Of a stretch of 64,000 nt of DNA, positions 27,101 to 40,333 are shown piece after piece. The DNA is from Trichinella spiralis (lineage: Eukaryota), in the NCBI RefSeq assembly GCF_000181795.1, contig NW_003526941.1, positions 3,692,282 to 3,756,281 on the forward strand, given 5' to 3'. The translations under genes and the position numbers were made by a program. The notes beneath the pieces were generated by a model. The model had not been told where the DNA came from and made no database searches. It saw only the letters and a list, made by a program, of their open reading frames with translations. The number at the start of each line of letters is the position of its first letter. Position 1 is the first letter of the stretch.

Positions 27101-29603
27101 TGAAACAATCAAATTGCAATAATAATAATAATAACCATAAAGATAAATCATTATCGTCGCACACACTCTACCGGCCGCACCTTAGCAGTAATAAAAACAG
27201 AAAGAAAACACGAAAATTGTAAAAAAAAAACGACTTGCTACACAAATTTTGAAGAGCATGTCGAAACAGGCCATGTCGAAATGTATTAATGGCTTCATAT
27301 CGGTTGGTAAAGTGAAGCAACAATAAAATGAATTGCCAAATGATAAAACTGACAACCCTGTTTGTGCAGTTTAAAGTTGACATGCAAAACAACTTTTAAT
27401 TGTAAAAATAAAATTACATGCACAGTTTTTTTAATCAAACTTTAAAATTCCTGAATTTTTCTGAAATTTTATTAAATTTTTGAAAATATTTTCTTCTCCT
27501 TCTTTTTGAGCATACTTTCCAGCCTATTTCCATAAATTAATACATCCAACCTCTCATATATCTATCTATATATATATATATATATATATGTACATACCAA
27601 AGCCTCAAATTTCAAGTTAATCAATTTTAATTAAAAGGTCTTACTTAATGAAGCTTGCATTCGTTCGCTTTTTTCAACTTTTGCTTTAGCTAAATTAATC
27701 CCCACTCAAATTAATAAACAAATCAAAGAAAAAATGTTTTATGCATAATTTTAAAGTATTTTTAATGCTGCTGCAGTAATATTTTTGCAAATAAAATGAT
27801 GATACAGCAACAAACGAGCGCAGACATTTTTGTTTAAAATAGGAGAGTGACATTCAAATTTATTGAATTCTATGACCGCTCTCTTTAATTCATTTACTCT
27901 CTGCTACTTTTTGTGCTTTCACAAACTATGGTAACATTTATTTCTTAACGCTGAATTAGTATTAGCATTAGAATCTAGTATTAATATGCTTTTGATTTTC
28001 ACTTACACAATTGACAGTATTTCCACGCATCCAACTAAAGTAAAACTGAGCATAATTCGTTTCCTACAATGTTTTGGCAAAAAGTGCTAAATGAAAAGAT
28101 TAAAGGCTTTTCTTATTCAGTATTGGAATTCAAATTCCGTAGACTCTTATTCAATAAATAATGCTCGTAATAATTTGCTATGGTGGCAACTTCATGGACA
28201 ATCGTCTCATAAGCATTTTAGCATTCTAAAATTCAACATTCAAAACTCCCAATAGACGCATTAACTGATTTTTCATTAGTTTTAAATTTTGAATTGCGTT
28301 CTTCAGTTCTGCAAAAGAAAATGTTTAAGTTTGAACAAATTTACATATTACTCAACGTTTCTCGAACTTGATTCATTGGTGCTTGCTTGAATAAGAAGAA
28401 ATTATTGAAAAGAGTATCAAAAGTTAAAGTATATGAAAAGATAAAAATTTCCAAAATACAGCTACGCTGAATGGAATTATTCAATAAGGAATAAAATAAG
28501 ATAAAATAAAATAACAAATCAAGCTTCAAATTTAATCATTCAATCTAACAAAACAAATCACAGTGAACAAAACTGCGTCACTTGATAATAACAATAATAT
28601 AGCCAGTTAGTTAGCTAGCTCTCCAAGTTGGCCAACAATTGAAACTTTAATGACGTTTTAAAAATTGCTTGTTTCAGGTGGCAGTGCAGCAAATTCTAAC
28701 AAATGAAAGCAATTTTTAACAAAATTGAAACTTGAAAAGTGAACAGATGAATATAAATTGAACATTTCTAAATATAAAAAGAAATGAATAAATTATCTGA
28801 AAAGCACTGCTTCTATTATTACTTATTATGACATCTTGCATAATTTATGTTTATTCATTACTATTGGTTTCTCGTTTTGAAGATGTAGTTTTTCAATATT
28901 AATACTGTTGTCTGTTGGCTGAAATAAATCTTGAATATCATTAATTTACACGCTAAACACCGTACTCCACCATGAGAAATTAACGGTTGTGTTCAAACTT
29001 TCATCTTTTTTGTGTGAATAAAGGATTTCTCACCTTTGCTGTGTAGTGTGCTTACACGAACAAGAAAGCACAGTACATATTTAAGCCTCAATGCTTGCTG
29101 ATGCATTGCTGCTTTACCTAAATCATCATGTGACAGAACTTCAAAACTTATATGAAAATGACAACCATTGCCGTTTGTAAAGAAAGTAAACAAATGTTTG
29201 ATGTAAATAATAATGGACTGATTAGAAGAATGTTTGCAAAATTGAAAAATCATTTTTTTAATTATTTAATATTTATGAACAGTGAGTAACTTTGATTTCA
29301 CAAATACATGTTCAACAACACCAAACTGCAAAAGGATAGATAGCAACGACAGTATATATGACAAAAGGTAGAAAGTAAGATTTCAATGCAGTCGTATTTT
29401 TATGTAACAAAAATGATATTAATAGTAAATTTAACAGTAGTAATTGTTCGATAATTTTAAATATATCATAAACTAGAAATGGTGAATAAGTAAAGTAAGT
29501 AGAACAAGCTAATATGTAAAACCGTAAAAGGCGAAACCCGTCTCTAAAAGTCACTCAATCAGCTAATTATCACAAAAAGGTGAAACTGCCAAAAAAGCAT
29601 TCA

Positions 29604-29948
29604 TTATTCATTATCATCTTCTTTAGCCAACATTTCGAAGTGATCAGTCATAATGGGAACTTGAAGGGTAAGCAGAAGTCGACCATTGAAAAAATCCCGG
29701 CTAAGAGGACGACGCGGTTGGCTTTCTGTCACGTTAGCAGATGACAAATTTGAACAATCGTTTTGTACTTTGTGCACAGCCATATCAAGTGCATTTGCAA
29801 TTTTTGGCAAACATATTTGCACAATATCCGGCTTGATCAACACTGCGGTCAACAGCAGCACAACAAGTAAACAAAGGAATGGATTTTCCAATATTGCTAC
29901 GAACGTTGTAAGAGCAAAAAGTAAAGCCGAAGCGCGGGATAGCATCAT
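29604..29948 (-). CDS. Hypothetical small membrane protein (114 aa, two N-terminal hydrophobic segments)
   Basis: ATG-started ORF in a locally GC-richer island, preceded by a TTCTGCAG acceptor-like site. Hydrophobic stretches ALLFALTTFVAIL and FLCLLVVLLLTAVLI. No recognised family. Confidence 0.55.
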   Translation of the reverse strand: MMLSRASALLFALTTFVAILENPFLCLLVVLLLTAVLIKPDIVQICLPKIANALDMAVHKVQNDCSNLSSANVTESQPRRPLSRDFFNGRLLLTLQVPIMTDHFEMLAKEDDNE

Positions 29949-31173
29949 AATTATTCTGCAGAATTCAAAAGAGGAGTGTGAAGAAAAAATAACAAAATAA
30001 ACAAAATTAGCTTCAATTCAAATTGCACAAGCGAAGAATTTTAGCAAGAACAAAATTGATAATAATAAATTGCATCCTCTTCAACACAGCAGCTGCTTTG
30101 CTTTTTTCAACTACAACTGATGCTTGAAAACTAATTCACGTTCAGCATCATCAACTGTAATGTATATAATCAACGTCGATGCTAGCAGAAGTGAAGTTTC
30201 CATTCACTTTCAGTTACGTTCGTTCTGCATTACGCTTTTTGAAAAAGTACATCAAATTTTACAAATTACATATTAAAATAATAAAAGATTCTTTTCCCGA
30301 CCATGATTTTAGCCAAAATAAATAGAAATTGCTACAGAAATTGGTCCCATTTAATAATATGCAAATTTGCTTGCCATCAATAATAATAAGATTTTGTTAC
30401 CTGTAATAAAATGATGAGCCCGTCAAATAAGTGATGAATAAAAATGAAAAGTAGTATCGTAAAACAATGTTCAAAAGTGATGACATATCGGCAGAAGATA
30501 AACGTAGGCTAGTAAGCAGTAATAGGTGAGTTTTCCAAATATGTGAGCAATATGAGATTGCAGAGCATGCACAAGAAATTTGCATACTAACAACCTGTTT
30601 ATCAATCGAGAGCTCATTCAATTGCCATTTATTTGCCAAGCATTTGCATTTCTATATGACACGAAGAACAAACAATTAAATTTGCATATTAAATTTTGCT
30701 TTTCGAGTTATTGAAAAAATCATTTTACAATATTTAACATTTATTTAATAAAAATAATACATGGAATTGAAATGAAACTATTCTCCTGTACAGTTCTTTA
30801 CCTGACCAACTATTTGAAACTTCTCAAGACTGCGTTAAACAATTTTAATTTGCATACAGTAAGCAGTCTTGCCAATTAATTATAAATATGAAATATTTTG
30901 TTCTATCTCAATGGATTATTGTTTGGAAAATTTTAATTTCAAATCAACATATCGTTCATAAATTCAATCAATGCAGCATCAGAACGATTGCGTCTACTTT
31001 TGAAACAATCGACTGAACATGGACCTAAAAAATATTTCGACAATACCAATGTCGAAAATAAATTAATAAATAAATAATGATTTTGAAATGATACCGTGTA
31101 AAATTAGTAGATAGGATGTCATTATAATTCGTTTTCACTGGTCAAACTAAGCAAAAAAAAACAAGAATAATAT

Positions 31174-32619
31174 TCACGTTGGCTTCTTGTACAGTCCAGC
31201 AACTGCCTCTGATTCTATGCCGCATTCATTACGACCTCTGTAAATTTTGAAAAATCCCTTATCGCCCCATTCAGTATTCCAAGAATTGGCCAAAAGCCAA
31301 TAAGGAACGCCATTCTCTTCTCCCCATCCAAGTAGCCTCACTGCGTGACCACCCAATACTGAGCCAGTGTGATGTTGGTAAACTCCTTGAAAATAAAAAT
31401 AATCATAAATAAATAAATAAATGTTTTGTAAAATTTACCCGTTTTGTACAGAAGAAAATCTTCGTAAACTTCAAATGCCACTTCCATTGGACCGTTCATC
31501 ATCAGCTCCTTTTGCAAATCCGATGCCTTATTATGCAATGAGTACGCTTTCAAGCCTTAAACAGTGAGACAATAAAATATGTATACATTTATTTATTTAT
31601 TTATTTTTTCGTTTTGATTTACCATAATATTTATCTTTGTTGTACTGAATCTTGTAAGTTGACTGGCATGCTTTTTTACAAACCGGAGTAGGCTCCAAAT
31701 CGTGACTGCACGGTCCATACGTGCCGTTGCTGTGGTGATTGCACGGGGCAAACGGATATGGACGACAACCGTCGTGCGTTGTGTAATTTCCACCAGTGAC
31801 AAGACCATACTTAACCCAAAACGACCAAGCTTGGTGAGGATCACCACCTTGGCATCTAAATTCAATTAAAAAAAAATATATATATATTCAATGATATAAT
31901 ATTTTATAAAATGGGATCACAAACAAAACTACATATACACTACTGGTAAACATTTGTTTTTATAATGCAAATTTGATTGAAAAACAAAATAGCCGTATAA
32001 ATACTAGGAATAATATAATCAATAATTTTTTTTTCGAAAAAAAAGAATACTTTTACCCGAAACCACAAATTTTGCAACAGCTCAACAAATCGGTGGATGA
32101 AATGTGAGGCTTCTGACGTCCATCAGTAGCAATGCATATTCGATCACTTATTGCTTCAACTGCTCCAAATGCCCAACAGGAACCACAGTTCGACTGATCA
32201 CGTATTTCCCCAATTGTTGGACAATAGGGCCATTGTTTCCTGGAATCAAATTCGACGGGAATTTCCATATCGATATGTTCGTAAGAGATGACAGGCAACG
32301 GTATTGAATTGGTCTCGAGCTTTGAACTTCTCCGAACGCCCATCATACCTTGTATGACGTGCGAAGGGACAGTTTCGAAGTATGGATTTCGACCAGCCTG
32401 AATAATGATGAAAAGCTTTTTTAAGAATTGATTCAAAAGTGTAAAACTCACCTTCCATGTTGTTTGCAAATTGTTGATGTAGGTGGCCATTTTGTTGAAA
32501 TACAGCCTTTGGTTTCTGGAACCAAAAGGAATCCCAAAAACCGTACTGTAAAAGCATGGTAAGCTGAAAAGTAAAATGTAGAAGAGATGAAAAAGAGACG
32601 GCGCAGCCGAATGGGGCAT
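31174..32619 (-). CDS. CTSB: Cathepsin B cysteine protease (papain family C1A), 5 exons
   Basis: Signal peptide ([25 protein letters not shown]) and propeptide, then [13 protein letters not shown]. Catalytic [15 protein letters not shown] and ANSWN; occluding loop CNHHSNG. Exons 32452-32619, 32057-32397, 31623-31855, 31439-31555, 31174-31385. Confidence 0.97.
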
Positions 32620-33881
32620 TTTGGAAAATAACCACCACAACGGGCCAATTTTTGCTCCTTTGAACAGCACAGCGGTTGGAGAGAGCGAGAGAGATGACAA
32701 TGATTGACGCGCCCTGGTCGCATTTGATCATAGTTAAGATAATGAATAATTATTTGATAGATTTATTAGGGCCAAATAGCAAACAGAACCGCTGTCAAAA
32801 ATTATTGCTTCCTGGAAAGTTGAAATTTTCAAATTTCACTTTTTCCAAAAACCAACAGCTTTCCCAATTTCTTTCTTCCTTGAAGTAATAAATTTAAACG
32901 AAAATTCAATCAACAACAACAAAGATTGAAGACTAACAGCCGTGCATTTTGAAAAATCAAATTCCACAATTAACAAATGAACAAACTCATGGAAATGGAA
33001 ATGAGGAAAAAATGAAAACAACATTCACACTTTCTAGTTATCATGGAAAATGTGCATTTACAACGCTGTGTGAAAATGAAATTATAAAATATATTTTCAA
33101 ATCAATTGAATGGAAATGGAGTGCTTTTTAATTAAGATTATTTAAAATTTTAAACATAATTCTCTTCAATTATGCATTCTCTTTACCCATACGCCATCTG
33201 TGTTCAACAAGTGCGAGAAAACAATGTTACCAAATAATGATGCTTTGTATTAATAATCTTTTATTTTGACTTATTCTAGGGTGAAATAATTTTGAAAAGT
33301 CATTTTCAAACTTGCAAATCACTTACTATCTGCAGTTCAAGTTGTTTTGAAACGAAAGGAAATTAACATGAACTAGAATCGCATACCTGAATAATTTATT
33401 TTTGTGAAAACTTTTCCTTTTCTTGGACTCTACAGAACTTCAGTACAAATTAATTAAACAACATGACCTACCTTGCTTATAAAAAAAGCAGCATTACGTC
33501 ACATGCAACTTTTACAATTGAATTAGTGCGCAGCCGTCAGGAAGTTATTCACATATGTGTGTACCTTGGGTCTTCACAGTGGAAACGTTTCAGCTAAGTT
33601 AAAAACACTAATCTGAATCACGATTCCATGAAAAAAACAAATGCATAAATTGAAATTTTGCATTAAATTCCTATGTAATTTTATCAGTACATATTTATTT
33701 TAAATTACAATTTCTTCATTCCTTTTTACACTTTTCATTACGTCGTTATGTTCAGTTTTTTCTTGTCCTGAGCATTATTACCAAATGTTTATAATAAAGA
33801 AAAAGTTTGCAATTGTGAAAGTGCTAAAACTAGAATTTTTCCAACTGAAATTATTTATTTTCTCAACCGAATGAATCAATT

Positions 33882-34642
33882 TCACTTCTTCTCCTTCTTT
33901 TTCACCTTATCTTTACGCGGACGAGGAGGCTTTTCCACTGTCACTACTTTCTGACTACGCATAATTTGTGAGGCTCGCTTCTGCGCTTTCTGAAACAAAA
34001 TTGTCACCAATAAATAAATTTTTAGCAACAAGTGATTTTCAAGAAATTTTTACATAGGCAGAAAAAATAAACTATAAACATGCATGGTTAAATATTTAAA
34101 AAAAATAACATTACCAAAAGCAGTGATCCACGGTATTTCTGTTTTCGAACTATAGTTTTCATGGTTCTCAAAACAGCTCGACTGTTTCTGGACAAGCTAA
34201 TTTCAACCAAACTAGAGTTTGGTCTATTTCCTTCTAAAAAATATAATTAATAAAATTACATGCATAAGAAAATGTAATGAAAACAAATTTCTTGGGCACT
34301 ATAAACATACGTGTATAGATGGGATGTGTAACAACAAATTACTTACGTCCTTTCTTTTTATAAACAAACGAAAGGCCTTTGTTATCGGGTTCTGGCACAA
34401 CATCAATTGCTCTCTTACGTACCAATCCACAGTCACGATAACAATGTATGCCGGTCAAATTAAACGGTGCCTAACAACAACAACAACAACAACAACAGTA
34501 ATAATAATATACAACAGAATTCAAAAACTAAATGCAAACTTGTACGTACAGTTGTGAACTTCGGTCCTATATTTCTTCGGGAATGAATAAAAGAAGAAGA
34601 TTTCTTTATACAAGCCCACTGGATATCACTCGAATGCCACAT
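33882..34642 (-). CDS. RPL28: 60S ribosomal protein L28 (eL28)-like, divergent, 4 exons, about 147 aa
   Basis: Exons 34550-34642, 34347-34470, 34115-34233 and 33882-33989 splice in frame to MWHSSDIQWACIKKSSSF...FTT|APFNLTGIHCYRDCGLVRKRAIDVVPEPDNKG...RKQKYRGSLLL|KAQKRASQIMRSQK...KKKEKK*. This is collinear with eL28 (QW..SSF, NL...GL, KYR...RAS.I.RSQK). Confidence 0.88.
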
Positions 34643-36889
34643 TTCTAAATCACAAAAAATATGATAATTATACAAATTTTAAATATAAAGCAAAAACATT
34701 AAGATGTTCACATCAGTTGACGACATGACAAGTAAAAATGTAAATAATATAAAATATTTGTTATAATTTTACTTTTTTCCAATAAATTAAACTCAATTTA
34801 ATATGGTAAAAAATTTATAACACTGACAGAAATACCTGAACGTAAAAATTTTTAAATAACAACAAAACTTTGATGAGATGGATACAGTAAAAACAACAGT
34901 AAATGTAATGTAGGAATTAATCCTACTATAACTGTCAAAAATAAATTGTGAAAAGAGCATATAAATAAATGTAATGTTTTTTCAATGTAAAGATAATTTT
35001 AATCCCAAAATGCTAAATAAGATTAATTAATTATCATATTATAAAGTTTTTTCAGTAGTCAACAAGACACAGTGATTGATGTTAATTACAGCTGAAATAA
35101 TTATTGATATGATAGTTTCGAAGAAATAATCCATTTAAAGATGTTAATTTAATTTAAACAATTCCCTTTTTAAAAATGTTTTTTTGAAAGTGAATTTTGA
35201 AGAAAAAAAAATGTATGTATCAATATGTTGTGGGTGCAATCAATGATTTTAAACATTGAGCATTTGATTGATTCATCTGTTCTTTTCTTTTTTTTTTCAT
35301 TTTAATTTTCCAAACTGCAGTTTCAACTAATTAAAATTAAAATTGTTATTGCTTTATCAATCAACTGGTGCTGTTGAAATCCATTGAAACAGTACACAAA
35401 TCGTGTCGAGTAGTAAATATTAAAAGCTAAAATATGAATTGAAAAGAAATCAAAAAATTATTAAATTATAATCATCGTGTGAATTGAAGTATTGGAATGA
35501 AATTGGAGAGTGTTTTTTTGTTCATTCTTCTGAAGAAGAATTAAAATTCAACGCTTGTTTAACGATTTGTAAATTGATCCATCCGTTCAGTGTAACTCTT
35601 CTCCTGATCGATTGTCAGTATTTCAAAGCCGAAGTGAAATTATTCATTATTCAAACGTTTGGATCATCTTAAGTGAATGTAATTAGCGATTGGTTCCGAT
35701 CGATTAGCAGACATTTTCTTCTTGGCATGGTAAAAGGTTGTCAAAATCACACAACCACATACATGCCTGCTTTCGTTCGGCCCACCTCTGTACATTTCTA
35801 ACAAATTAGCAAACAAAAATAGTGTTCTCATGTTTTTCAGTAAACATCCATGTGACACACACATTTATGTAAATACAGTTTAAAAAAAATAAGGTTAAAC
35901 AAAGTACAATTTTAATGTTTGCAAAAGAAACACGACCAGTGTGTATTTTGTATTCGATTTTCTATTCCGGTATTCATTGTAAGATGAAAATAAATTTGAT
36001 TTATTTATTAAATGAAAAGAAGAAATTTTAAATTTTGAAAATTTTAGCAGTGAAATTAAGTAAAAAAATTGTTAATCAAAATCTCAAGTCGAATCAATTG
36101 CAATGGTAGGAATATTTATTCGACGGTGCAACAATGCGCAGAAAAGTCGACAAATCCGATAATGACGAGTTAAAAATTCACAATTTTACTTTCATTGAAA
36201 AAGAAATGGATTCATTTTTAATTGATACCGTTAACAATTGTAATTTATTCCAATTTGAAATGCATAACGTATAAATTTTTAAAATTGTCATATGCCTAAT
36301 AATAATAATAATAATAAATGGTGAATTGAAAAATAAGTGAAAAGTCGAAAATTGAAATTCTGAAAGCATTTCGAACAATTTTCATTTATTTCTCAATTAA
36401 ACGTGCAATTTTGTCAAAGAAAAGATCATTATTCATATTTTTGTTCGTAGTTGTTTTTTAAAAATATTACAGTAATCTTAATTTGTCAATTTTTCACAAA
36501 TTTATTAGTATTCGCCTTTTCTTTTTGTTCTTAAAAATTTCGGCATTATTGCTGTCAGGCGACACCATGCCAATTAGTGCACTTAAAAGCGTCTAATTGA
36601 TTAAATGACGTTGACAAATGGTTAAGTTAAAACTAATTGTAATTTCCATCGCCACATATGCTCTATACACAATATCTGCATTATTTGATGTAAATTAAAA
36701 AATCGCTTAATTTTCAAATTATACTGTCATTCATTCAATTGTAAATATTGTAAAAATTATTATCGCTGTTATTGAATTATTGATCAATTGAAACAAGAGA
36801 AATTTATTTCGGCTGTATTTATTTTGTAAATTTTAGTCGAACAATTGAGTGCTGTAATAATTATATCCGTTTACACTATAACAAATATA

Positions 36890-36890
36890 C

Positions 36891-36934
<44 letters not shown>
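36890..36934. repeat. Compound (AT)n(AG)n microsatellite
   Basis: Read directly. Confidence 0.9.
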
Positions 36935-36941
<7 letters not shown>

Positions 36942-39900
36942 AAGAGAGAGTTAACCGATAAAACCAAGTGCAGATAATAAATAATACCTGCTATGCTGAG
37001 ATGAATGTGAAATTTAATCGTTTTAAAACGACATCTTTTACACGGATCGATTTTTCACAACGCGTTGTTTAAAGTAAACATTTGCAGGGATGATTTGTTG
37101 GATAAGCTGTATAAAAGTGAAACAATTGCAAACGGACAGTCAAAAATCGATCGAAACCCGTACTTGACTGAACAAAAAGCATGCCCGTTTTGCTTTTTAA
37201 TGCAATTTTTTAAATCGTTTCATTTGAATCGATTTTGTTTTCAAAGCCTGCTGCTGGTTTTTTATCTTTCTTGTTGTGTGTGTGTAAATTTATTTTTGGA
37301 AATTTAAAATTTCAATAAATATCATTTTCCAGAAACAAAGGCTTGCAATGTGAGTAGAATAAAATTTAAATCGAACATACCTGTCATTGTGGGATTCTTT
37401 TTTCAGAACTGCAACTGTCATCACAAATTTCACAAACGCTTCACAGCAGTAATTTCCATTTCACAACGGTCCAACCGTGACCCGGTGTCTATTTGGTTAA
37501 AGCGAAATTTAATTGTAAATTTTACTCCACTATGCAAATTTCTCATTATAACTCTGCAAACAGAAGATAATGTTTGCCATTGAATAGCAATTTTGTTCAC
37601 CACTGATCAATCATCTATGCATATATTCAAGTTTGAATTTTCCACATTCAATAAGAAAATGATGAAATTGATTATTTCAATTTTTCATTAATAATTATTA
37701 ATCTGATGATTAATCAGTAGAATGAATTAATTAAATTTGATTGTGATTTCAAAAACTAATAAAATGTAGCAGTTGTCTTTAATATTTATTAATGAAACAA
37801 ACATTTGAAAGGTATAAAGACAAAAAACACAAACAATTGTTTCTGATCGTCATATGGTAAGTAGTTTAGTGGTTATTTTTCAAAGAAATAAAAGTAGTAT
37901 GTATATTTATTTATTATAAGGAGAAGAAAAAAAAAGTAACAAATAAAATGATGACCGATGGAAATGAAGCTTAATTTGTCGAAATCAAAAGCTGCTGCTG
38001 TTCATTAGCGTCCAGTGTTTGATTAGCCAATTTCTTTTTGTTAAATACGTTCAGTTCGGCAAAGCAGCTGTCGACCGATTTCAAAGTGAAAGAACAGATG
38101 CTTTTCAAAAGGTTCGTTTGAAGAGCTTGAAAAATTTATTATTGAATCGACCTCGTTTCATGCGAGCCGTGATTGAATTACGTGCGCAGATGGATCGTTA
38201 GTTTGACCACTGGTCAGCCGGATGAATGGTCATCCGAAGCGAAATGGGAAAAAATTGTTGAAAACAAAATTTTTATTTTTTTGAAATCATTCAAAAAAGC
38301 TTAAACAAATCAACTCGACCGAATTTTTCTACCTGCAAAACATTAACCCCAAAAATTCAAAGTACAGTAATTTATAAACAAATATAAACTGGATTTTCAA
38401 ATCTTCATACTAACTGTTCAATAATAAGAAAAACAATTATAAAACAACAAAACGTTAAATTATACCAGAAAACCAATTACAGAAAGAATACTGATAAATA
38501 GGATCAATAATTTGAATTAAAAAAATAAAAGTAAATTTATCTTTTTTAAATGGATATTTTTACAGTTTTTCTTTTGCTCAGTCTCATCACTAAACGGTGA
38601 TCCATTGTTAATATGCATGCTTTGCTGAAATTGGAAAAAGACAGATTAAGTGCAACATGGGTGCACGTACATAAGATAGATAAATTTTTACAAATATCTA
38701 TGTAAATAAGATGAAGTAGTAGTTCAAATATCATCAAGTGATTGAAAATTGTAAAAATAAAATGCAGCACATTCAGCACAAATCTTTATTTTACGAGCAT
38801 ATTATTAATTTAATTTAATTTAATTTAATTTAATTTTGTTTTCATCCTCTCTCCCCTTCTCACTCAGCTCTTCTGATTTTATTCAAATTTTCAAAAGCTA
38901 ATTGTGAACAGTGAAATTCAAAACGATCAAATTGGGAAAAAAGCACTTATTGCAATCGAGCAGCGATCGTTGTTGAAGAAAAACAAAAATCAATTCCCAA
39001 TCCAAAGTTTACAGGCAGAGAAGCATGGATGGATTGATGGATGGATGGGTGGATCCATTAAAAGCTTCGTCGCTTCTTAATGCTTAGCTTCTACACTTAG
39101 CCTCTGACCGGCTTGCTTTGTATGCAATAATAAATAAGCTGAAAATGTGTTATTACAAAAACTGCACGCGAGTTTATCAATAATTATTTTCTTCTTTCAA
39201 TTCATGACAGCACGATGAAATAATGTTGAGAGAGAGAGAGAGAAAGAGAAATGTAAAGCAAAAACCATATATATACATGTAGATATATATATAAGCTGAA
39301 AAATAAAGATGAAATTTCATCCATCCATTTTTAAAAAAAAAACTTTACCATTATAAATAAATCTGTGTAATGTGATATTGGCTTTATTCAAGTTTGACAA
39401 TTTCACGGAATCTAATCATCTCCTTCTGGGATGCATATGAAGTAAAGCAAATGAAAAATTATTGGTCAATTTTCGCATGCATTGGTGTCATGTTAAAATT
39501 GCTTTTCCTTTTTAACACACACACACACACACAGGAGGGTGTTGCTTATTTCTAAGCGAATAAATGAATGTATGAAAATATTCATCTGTGTATAGAATAA
39601 GCAAAACAGAATTTATTCGCTCATCAGTTAATAATAATAAATAGTAATAATAATAATAATAATAGCGACGATGATAACTGAAAAATAAACAGTCAACGAG
39701 GATAACAACGAGGTTGAGAAAAATGCAATTGAACAAGATAAAAGAGGCAAGTGAGGTGAAATCACGGCATGATCAACCGATCGAGATCGAGACGATGGTT
39801 GTTTGCGTTTGTACAACTGAAAAAAACGTGCAACTGGGTTCACGTACTTTGCTTGTAACTGATATTAGCAATTAAAAAAATACAATAAGTAATAGTACTG

Positions 39901-40333
39901 CTGAAGAGCATATAATTAATTGTTCAGCAGTAACAATCATAACAAAAAGGTAGAATAATTAAAACAGTACTAAAATAGACAAGTCAGTATCAATAAGAAC
40001 AAAGTTTAAATAAAATGCAGTTAATTAATTAATTGTTGATGGAAAAATGACGTCGCCATTTTGTCATGTAAAAAACCCGAATTTTAGAATATAGCAATTA
40101 AAAATAACCAAAATATTAAAATAAGTACACGAATAGTGGGTGTGATAGCAACCAGTATTATATACATATATCTAAAATATAGGTCTGCTGATTCGATTAG
40201 AGGAAGAATAAAAGTGAAAAAAGATCGGATGTGTAAAGACAGATACCCACATACCCACACACACACACACGCACACGCACACACACACGCATACACATAC
40301 ACACACAGAGTTTTCGCACTTGTGCAATAATGG

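Noticed and set aside
32620..32700. Longer N-terminus for cathepsin B suggested by the ORF track
   Set aside because: It begins at a non-ATG codon; the ATG at 32619 directly precedes a signal peptide.
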